64,000 nt of DNA from the NCBI GenBank assembly GCA_965242525.1, contig OZ251459.1:3456001-3520000 (forward strand). Reading direction: 5' to 3'. Shown one piece after another: positions 57,573-64,000 of the stretch (position 1 is the stretch's first letter; each line of letters begins with the position of its first letter). Both the position numbers and the translations under genes were made by a program. This DNA comes from an uncultured Candidatus Binatia bacterium. Lineage in GTDB: Bacteria > Desulfobacterota > Binatia > UBA9968 > JAJDTQ01. A model generated the notes under the pieces. That model was not told the DNA's origin, did not search any database, and saw nothing but the letters and a program-made list of their open reading frames with translations.

Positions 57573-58694
57573 ATGGCCACAGGCGACGCGTTCGGCACGG
57601 CCAGCCACATCAGGCAGGTGGCCCGCATGGACCTGCCCGGGGGCGGCAAGATCGAGGTCGACAGGGGCTTCGCCTACGTGGGGCACATGGACCCGCCCCA
57701 GGGCACCTCGGTCATCGACGTGCGCGACCCCAGGAACCCCAGGCTCGTGGCCCGGCTCGACGTGCCCAAGGGCATCCACTCGCACAAGGCCGCGGTGCGC
57801 GACGGGGTGATGATCGTCAACTACGAGCGCTACGAGAACGAGGCCGAGGCCCAGGGGGGCCTCAAGGTGTTCGACGTCTCGGACCCGGCCAAACCCCGTG
57901 AGGTGTCGTTCTTCGAGGCTGCGGCCAAGGGCGTCCACCGCTTCACCTTCGACGGCCGCTACGCCTACTTCTCGCCCGTGATGGAAGGATACGTGGGCAA
58001 CATCGCCATGATCCTGGACTTGGCGGACCCCGCCAACCCGCAGGAAGTGGGCCGGTGGTGGATGCCGGGGCAGTGGGTGGGCGGCGGCGAGGAGCCCGCG
58101 TGGCCCGGCACCCTGCACCGATGCCACCACCCCATCCGCCGGGGCGACCGCCTCTACGTGAGCTACTGGCACGGCGGCTTCGTGATCCTGGACATCTCCG
58201 ACATGGGCCGGCCCCGGCTCGTGAGCCATCTCGACTGGAGCCCGCCCTATCCTTCGCCCACGCACACGACCCTGCCCATGCCCGAGAAGCTCATGGGCCG
58301 GGACATCCTCGTGGTCACCGACGAGGAAGCCCAGAAGGCCGCGCCCCTGCCCTACGCCTTCATGTGGGTGGTGGACATCACGGACGAGACCCGTCCCGTG
58401 CCCATCTCCACGTTCATGCCGCCCGCCAACGGCGAACCCGCGGGCCGCTACGGCGCGCACCAGCCCGCGGAGCAGGTCCATGGCAACGTCCTCTACGTGA
58501 CCTGGTTCAGCGGCGGCCTGCGCGCGGTGGACGTGTCGAACCCGTACCGGCCCCGGGAGGTGGGCCATTACGTGCCCCTGCCCGGCAAGGGACAGGACAC
58601 GGTCCAGAGCAACGACGTGTTCCAGGACGAGGACGGCCTGCTGTACCTCATCGACCGGCTCGACGGGCTGGAGATCCTCGAACCCGACCTGTAG
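57573..58694 (+). CDS. LVIVD repeat protein
   Basis: Repeated VIDVRDP / VFDVSDP / ILDLADP / VVDITD / VDVSNP units. Confidence 0.88.
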   Translation: MATGDAFGTASHIRQVARMDLPGGGKIEVDRGFAYVGHMDPPQGTSVIDVRDPRNPRLVARLDVPKGIHSHKAAVRDGVMIVNYERYENEAEAQGGLKVFDVSDPAKPREVSFFEAAAKGVHRFTFDGRYAYFSPVMEGYVGNIAMILDLADPANPQEVGRWWMPGQWVGGGEEPAWPGTLHRCHHPIRRGDRLYVSYWHGGFVILDISDMGRPRLVSHLDWSPPYPSPTHTTLPMPEKLMGRDILVVTDEEAQKAAPLPYAFMWVVDITDETRPVPISTFMPPANGEPAGRYGAHQPAEQVHGNVLYVTWFSGGLRAVDVSNPYRPREVGHYVPLPGKGQDTVQSNDVFQDEDGLLYLIDRLDGLEILEPDL

Positions 58695-58714
58695 GTCCGG
58701 TGCGCCGCGAACCC

Positions 58715-61123
58715 ATGGCCGAACGCGACGACCGCCGCGAGCCGCCCGCGGCTCTGGGCCACCTCCGGGTGGTGGAGCTGGGGGACACGCCCGCGGCCTA
58801 CGCCGGCCGGCTACTGGCCGACCTCGGGGCCGACGTGGTCAAGGTGGAGCCGCCCTGCGGCGCTCCCGAACGAAGGCTCCCGCCCTTCGCCGAGGGCGTC
58901 GAACACGCGGAGCGGAGCCTGACCTTCCTCCACGCCAACACCAACAAGCGCAGCCTGGCGCTGGACCTCGACGCGGCCGGCGACCGGGACACGTTCACCA
59001 AGCTGTTGCTGTCCTCGGACGTACTCGTGGAGGCCACGCCCCCGGGCCGGCTGGAGTCCTGGGGGATCACCGACGGTTGGCTCCGGGAGACCCACCCGGG
59101 GCTGGTCACCGTGTCCCTGACGCCCTTCGGCCGCACCGGCCCCTACCGCGGCTACAAGGGCAGCGACGCCATCGCCAACGGCGCCGGCGGCTTCCTCTAC
59201 GGCCAGGGAGACGACCAGCGAGGGCCGTGCACCGCGCCTTCCCACCTCGCCTACCAAGTGGCGGGCTGCGCGGCCGCGGCCTTGGCCGTGGCCGCGGCGC
59301 GCCACCGGCGGCTCACGGGCGCAGGCCAGCGGGTGGACGTGTCGTTGCAGGAGGCGCTGACCTTCACCAACAGCAGCGCCATCGCGCGCTACACCCAGGA
59401 GCACCGGATGCAGCGGCGTCCCGGGGCCAAGACCTACGGCGGCGCGGTGACCAACATCTACCGCTGCAAGGACGGCCGCTACGTCCACTTCACCGCCAAC
59501 CTGCCCCACATGTGGCGCGAACTGACCCGGAACTGGATGCCCGGCACGGTCCTGTCGGAACCCGAATGGGAGGACGCGGGATACCGCGACGCCCGGAGCG
59601 ACGAAGCCTCCGCGGTGGTGGCGGAGTTCATCAGCGGTTTCACCGCGGACGAGTTCGTGGCCGAGGCCCAGCGCCGCCACCTGTCCGCGGCCCCGCTCAA
59701 CACGGTGGGGGAGTTCGTGGAGGGCGAGCAGTTGGCCGCGCGCCAGTGGCTCCAGGAGGTCGAGCACCCGGTGGTCGGCCGCTACCGGGCGCCGGGGTTC
59801 CCCATGCGGCTTTCGCGCACTCCCATGCGCGTGCGCCGCCCGGCCCCGCTGCTGGACCAGCACCGGCAGGAAGTGCTGGCCGAGTTGGAGCAGGGCCGGG
59901 ACCCCGGGCCGCCCGCGGAGCGCGCGCACGCGGACCCCGGCGACGCCATGCTCGCGGGGCTGCGCATGGCCGACCTGACCCAGCAGTTCGCCGGCCCCCT
60001 GGGCACCGCCATCCTCGGCTACTACGGCATGGAGGTGGTCAAGGTCGAGTCCAACACGGTGGCGGCCAGAGGCCGGAGCGGCGCCGCCCACGCCGACATG
60101 AACCGGGCCAAGCTCGGCTGCACCCTGAACCTGCGGCACCCCCGGGGCAAGGACCTCTTCCGGCGCTTGGTGGAACGGTCCCAGGTGGTGGTGGAGAACT
60201 TCAGCGTGGGGGTCATGGAGCGGCTCGGGTTCGACTACGAGTCGTTGCGGCAGGTGAACCCCGGCGTCATCCAGGTGTCCATGCCCGGCTGGGGCCGGGA
60301 AGGGCCGCTGCGCTCGTGGGTGGCCTGGGGCTGGCAACTCCTGGCCTACACCGGGCTCATGCGCCTGTGGGGCTACCCCGACTCGCCCATGCGCGCCCGC
60401 TGCAAGATCGCCTGGCCGGATCGGGTGGGCGCGGTCACCATGGCCCTGGGGGTGGCCGCCGCGGTGGAGCACCGGGAGCGCACCGGAGAGGGGCAGTTCA
60501 TCGAGGCCGCAATGCTGGAGGCCCAGGGCGCCATGATGGGACCCGCCATCCTGGACTATACGGTGAACGGCAACGAGTGGGAGACCCTGGGCTACCGGGA
60601 GACCCTGGGACATCCCTACGCCCCCTACGGCTGCTACCCCTGCGCCGGGAACGACGACTGGATCATCATCGCCTGCGAGACCGAGGAGGAGTGGCAGGCC
60701 ATGGTCCGGGTCATCGGCCCCGGATCATGGGCCGGCGACCCGCGCTTCGGGGACCGGGAAGGACGGCGGGAACACCGGGAGGCGCTGGACGGGAAGCTCT
60801 CGGAGTGGACCCGGACCCAGACCGCGCGCCAAGCCTTTCGTCGCCTGCAGGAGGCGGGCGTGGCCGCGGGCGTCCCCATGTCCGGCGAGGACCTCTACTA
60901 CGACCTCCACCTGCGCGAGCGCGGCCACGTGGTGGAGATCGACGAGCCTCCCTGGGGCCGGGTGGGCCACCACGGACTGCCCGGCATCCCGTCCCGCTCG
61001 CGGGCGAGCGCCGCGGCGCCGGCGCCGTGGATCGGCGCGCACAACGATTACGTGCTGGGCCAAGTGCTGGGGTTGAGCGCGGAGGAGATCGCCGCGCTGG
61101 AGGAAGCCGAAGCCGTCAAGTAG
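58715..61123 (+). CDS. Double-domain CaiB/BaiF family III CoA-transferase
   Basis: Two copies of GA(D/E)VVKVE, N.(NK/AK), VE(A/N), FG..GP / WG..GP and AP.(L/I)(D/G).H motifs. Confidence 0.9.
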   Translation: MAERDDRREPPAALGHLRVVELGDTPAAYAGRLLADLGADVVKVEPPCGAPERRLPPFAEGVEHAERSLTFLHANTNKRSLALDLDAAGDRDTFTKLLLSSDVLVEATPPGRLESWGITDGWLRETHPGLVTVSLTPFGRTGPYRGYKGSDAIANGAGGFLYGQGDDQRGPCTAPSHLAYQVAGCAAAALAVAAARHRRLTGAGQRVDVSLQEALTFTNSSAIARYTQEHRMQRRPGAKTYGGAVTNIYRCKDGRYVHFTANLPHMWRELTRNWMPGTVLSEPEWEDAGYRDARSDEASAVVAEFISGFTADEFVAEAQRRHLSAAPLNTVGEFVEGEQLAARQWLQEVEHPVVGRYRAPGFPMRLSRTPMRVRRPAPLLDQHRQEVLAELEQGRDPGPPAERAHADPGDAMLAGLRMADLTQQFAGPLGTAILGYYGMEVVKVESNTVAARGRSGAAHADMNRAKLGCTLNLRHPRGKDLFRRLVERSQVVVENFSVGVMERLGFDYESLRQVNPGVIQVSMPGWGREGPLRSWVAWGWQLLAYTGLMRLWGYPDSPMRARCKIAWPDRVGAVTMALGVAAAVEHRERTGEGQFIEAAMLEAQGAMMGPAILDYTVNGNEWETLGYRETLGHPYAPYGCYPCAGNDDWIIIACETEEEWQAMVRVIGPGSWAGDPRFGDREGRREHREALDGKLSEWTRTQTARQAFRRLQEAGVAAGVPMSGEDLYYDLHLRERGHVVEIDEPPWGRVGHHGLPGIPSRSRASAAAPAPWIGAHNDYVLGQVLGLSAEEIAALEEAEAVK

Positions 61124-61204
61124 CCCGCAGGCAGGGCGTGGATGGCGTGGATCCTGCGGGGTGCGGCCCCTGCGTCTTCCGGACCCCCTCCGCTAATTCC
61201 TGCG

Positions 61205-62089
61205 TCACTCCTCCCGGGAACGGGGGCCGAAGGGCTCGGGCCGGAACGGCCGGTCGCGGGCCTCGAAGAAAGCGCGCAGCCCGCCCCGTTTCCGGGCTTC
61301 CTCCAACCGCTTGTTGAACTCTTCCCGCTTGGTGAGCCGCGCCATGGCGCTCAGCTCCGCGTTGAGCAGCCACGCCTTGTGGAGTCCCATCATCTCCAGC
61401 CCCTGGGTGGCGATGGCGAGGTTGATCTTGACCGTCTCCGGCGGCACCAGCGCCACCCGCTCGACCATGCGGAAGCACTCCTCCAGCAGATCCTCCCGGG
61501 GCGCCACCTCGTTGACCAGGCCGATGCGGAGCGCCTCCCGGGCGTCCACGTGGTCGCCGGTGAGGGCGTAGCGCAGGGCGTTCTTGGGGCCGGCCAGCAT
61601 CACCCAGACGAAGTCCGTGCCCGCGGCGTGCCGCACCTGCGGCTGGCCGAACACCGCGTCGTCCGCGGCAACCGTGAGGTGGCAGGTGAGGGCCAGCCAG
61701 GAAGCGGCCCCGAGGCACCAGCCGTTGACCGCGCCGATGATGGGCTTGGGGTACTCCCAGCGGTAGAGCCGGCGCCGCAGCATCTCCTCCCGGTCCCGGT
61801 CCCGGAGCTGGTCGAACTCCCGGTACAGGGGCACGCCCTCCGGCAGGGCCTGGGGCCAGACGGTGTCGGGGGCGCCTTCCCGGGACATGTCCTCGCCCGC
61901 GGAGAAACAGTCGCCCGCGCCGGTGAGGACCACTCCCCTCACTTCGGGGTCCTCCCTGGCCTCGGCCAGGGCTGCGTCGAGCTCCGCCAGCAGCGCCGGG
62001 TTCAGGGCGTTGCGCCGTTCCGGACGGTTGAGGGTGACGAGCGCGCCGCAGCGCCGCTTTTCGTAGAGGATGTTCCGATAGGTGGACAT
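61205..62089 (-). CDS. Enoyl-CoA hydratase/isomerase family protein
   Basis: TLNRPERRNAL, FSAGED, AVNGW, EALRIGLV. Confidence 0.9.
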   Translation of the reverse strand: MSTYRNILYEKRRCGALVTLNRPERRNALNPALLAELDAALAEAREDPEVRGVVLTGAGDCFSAGEDMSREGAPDTVWPQALPEGVPLYREFDQLRDRDREEMLRRRLYRWEYPKPIIGAVNGWCLGAASWLALTCHLTVAADDAVFGQPQVRHAAGTDFVWVMLAGPKNALRYALTGDHVDAREALRIGLVNEVAPREDLLEECFRMVERVALVPPETVKINLAIATQGLEMMGLHKAWLLNAELSAMARLTKREEFNKRLEEARKRGGLRAFFEARDRPFRPEPFGPRSREE

Positions 62090-62114
62090 GGGGTCTCCTT
62101 GCCTGGCCGCGGCG

Positions 62115-62993
62115 TCAGTCCTTGGGCTTCGACCTCGGCCCGAAGGGCTCGGGTTGGAACGGTCCGTCGCGCAGTTGCAGGTACTCCCGGATGTTCTTCT
62201 CCCGGGCCTCGTTCAGGGGACGGCGGTGCTCCTCCCGCAGCATGACGTGGGCGGGGGCCGATAGCTGGGAGTCCAGCAGGAGGGCGTCGCGCAGGCCCAT
62301 CATCTCCATTCCCAGTGTGGCGATGGCGAGGTTGATCTTCACCGTCTCCGGCGGCACCAGGGCGATGCGCTCCACCAGCTCGAAGCACTCGTCCAGCAGC
62401 CGGTCGTGGGGCGTTACCTTGATGACCAAGCCGATGCGCAGGGCCTCATGGGCGTCGATGTGGTCCCCCACCAGGCCGTAGCGGAGCGAGTTCTTGACCC
62501 CCGCGAGCAGGGTCCACAAAAAGCTCGTGTTGGAGCCGTGGCGCACCTCGGGCTGGGCGAACACCGCGTTCTCCGACGCGATGGTGATGTGGGTGCACAG
62601 GGCGAGCCACGAACCCGCGCCCATGGCCCAGCCGTTGACGGCGCCGATCACCGGCTTGTCCAGTTCCCACAGCCGCAGGAACTCGTTGCCCTCGCGCCCG
62701 CGCCAGGAATCGATCCAGTCGGAAGCGGACTGTCCAGCGGGCACACCGTAAGGCCATTCGAGGTCGCGCCGCCGGCCGGGCTTGGGTCCCTGGTCCATGC
62801 CCGCGGAAAAGGCGCGCCCGGCGCCGGTGAGGACGATGGCGCGAACATCGGGATCGGCCACGGCCTCGTCCAGCGCGGCCGACAACTCGGTCTGGACCGT
62901 GGGGCTGATGGCGTTCATCACCTGCGGGCGGTTGAGGGTGATGAGCGCGCCCGAGCCGCGCTTCTCGTAGAGGATCTCGGAGTAGTCTCCCAT
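62115..62993 (-). CDS. Enoyl-CoA hydratase/isomerase family protein (paralogue)
   Basis: TLNRP, FSAGMD, AVNGWAMG, QPEV. Confidence 0.9.
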   Translation of the reverse strand: MGDYSEILYEKRGSGALITLNRPQVMNAISPTVQTELSAALDEAVADPDVRAIVLTGAGRAFSAGMDQGPKPGRRRDLEWPYGVPAGQSASDWIDSWRGREGNEFLRLWELDKPVIGAVNGWAMGAGSWLALCTHITIASENAVFAQPEVRHGSNTSFLWTLLAGVKNSLRYGLVGDHIDAHEALRIGLVIKVTPHDRLLDECFELVERIALVPPETVKINLAIATLGMEMMGLRDALLLDSQLSAPAHVMLREEHRRPLNEAREKNIREYLQLRDGPFQPEPFGPRSKPKD

Positions 62994-63116
62994 GGGTAGG
63001 CCCCTCTCCTTGGGCGCAGCGCAACCGGACCGCGGTCCACATGCCGTTGACGCGCCGCGGGACAGGACACTAGCAGATCGGACCGGGCATGGCGAGCATG
63101 AGGCTATCGTTCGAGG

Positions 63117-63752
63117 CTACCGTTCCTTCTTCCAGACGATCCGGTAGATGCCGGCCACCTTCGAGAGCGGCAGGACGATGGGGTCGTAGCCGTGGGCGAC
63201 GCTGAGGAGCACCAGGTTGTCGGTCTCCTTCCTGACCCGCTTGATCAGGTACTCGCCTTCCACGGTCTTCACCACGCAGTAGTCGCCGGAGCGCCATTCC
63301 CTGCCCGGCGAACACACCACGACCTCCCTGTTTTCGTAACGCGGGCTCATGGAGTCGCCGCGGACCTCCACCCCGAAGGCGTAGGCGTCCTCCAGGTCGT
63401 AGGGCCGCGCCACCCGGCTCCACCCCTCTCCCACCGGGAAGCCGTCCTCGGAGAACTCGCCCCGGCCCGCGCCCGCACGCCCCACCACCGGCAGGTCGTC
63501 CGGCACGTGGCCGGACACGTCCCGCACCTGGTCGCTGGTGGACAGCAGCCACTCCAGGGAGACCCCGCACACCGCGGCCAAACGATGGAGGATCGCGGAC
63601 TGCGGCGCCCGGTCCCCGGCCATGTAGTTATAGACCGCGGTCTTGGAGACCCCCGCCCGGGCCGCCACCTCTGCGGGATCCCGGCCCGACAGGGCGAGGG
63701 TGATGCGGCGCGCGAGGTCCGTCCTGGGCAACCTTGTCTTTTGCCTTGGCAT
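63117..63752 (-). CDS. CI/LexA-like repressor (XRE HTH + S24 peptidase)
   Basis: HTH VAARAGVSKTAVYNY..G, VSLEWLL; Ala-Gly site RAGAG; GDSM serine and IKR lysine. Confidence 0.9.
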   Translation of the reverse strand: MPRQKTRLPRTDLARRITLALSGRDPAEVAARAGVSKTAVYNYMAGDRAPQSAILHRLAAVCGVSLEWLLSTSDQVRDVSGHVPDDLPVVGRAGAGRGEFSEDGFPVGEGWSRVARPYDLEDAYAFGVEVRGDSMSPRYENREVVVCSPGREWRSGDYCVVKTVEGEYLIKRVRKETDNLVLLSVAHGYDPIVLPLSKVAGIYRIVWKKER

Positions 63753-63780
63753 GGTGTATCCGTGCCCGACTGAAAAAAAG

Positions 63781-63821
63781 GCTTGACAAGATAGTAATCA
63801 ATTGTTAACTATAAGTCAAGC
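63781..63821. promoter_or_regulatory. Palindromic divergent promoter/operator
   Basis: GCTTGAC..ATAGTAATCAATTGTTAACTAT..GTCAAGC; TTGACT-N17-TACTAT (minus), TTGACA-N18-AACTAT (plus). Confidence 0.8.
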
Positions 63822-63879
63822 GCAAGGCAGAACCCGAAAACCGAAAGCGCGAACCGAACCGAGCAAAGGAGCGGAAACG

Positions 63880-64000
63880 ATGGCAAGCGGGACGAAACGG
63901 CATCTGAAACCGGTGCCGCGGGGGAAAGGCCCGAAGAAATGGGTCGAGGTGGACGCTTCCCTGATAGGGCTGTCGGTCCTTGCCGCCCTGAACAACTTGG
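63880..64000 (+). CDS. Start of a gene divergent from the repressor (partial)
   Basis: AAGGAG RBS; MASGTKRHLKPVPRGKGPKKWVEVDASLIG..., open to the window end. Confidence 0.55.
   Translation, partial: MASGTKRHLKPVPRGKGPKKWVEVDASLIGLSVLAALNNL

Overview
High-GC bacterial chromosome segment containing the replication origin (atpZ-I-B-E and hemL divergent from dnaA, then dnaA-oriC-dnaN). The split F0-only atp operon, several amidohydrolase_2 paralogues, a TTT transporter and a double CoA-transferase suggest a deltaproteobacterial-type (possibly Binatia-like) organism; this taxonomy is inference only. Housekeeping genes (Zn/Mn ABC, moaBDE, lpxA, yacG, gpmI, polA, proXWV, tRNA-Gly, ftsB, eno, tag, lnt) alternate with defence or accessory pieces: a PD-(D/E)XK pair, a type IIG/ISP-like R-M fusion, a truncated yefM-yoeB, a DUF3644-like gene, a type III mod with a decayed res, an RHH + orphan MTase, and a CI-like repressor at the right edge. 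The most striking signal is a layered set of small non-autonomous elements. (1) About 19 copies of a CGTCCTGAGC...GTCGAAGGACG hairpin element, most inside IS5-like MITEs; three have exact 4-bp target duplications. (2) Nine full copies of the REP CGTCATTCCCGCGAAAGCGGGAATCC, mostly as doublets, whose adjoining DNA translates to decayed pieces of a small GIY-YIG nuclease gene. (3) A ~78-bp element in three copies that may be a mobile promoter. Protein family calls come from motif recognition by eye, not database searches.
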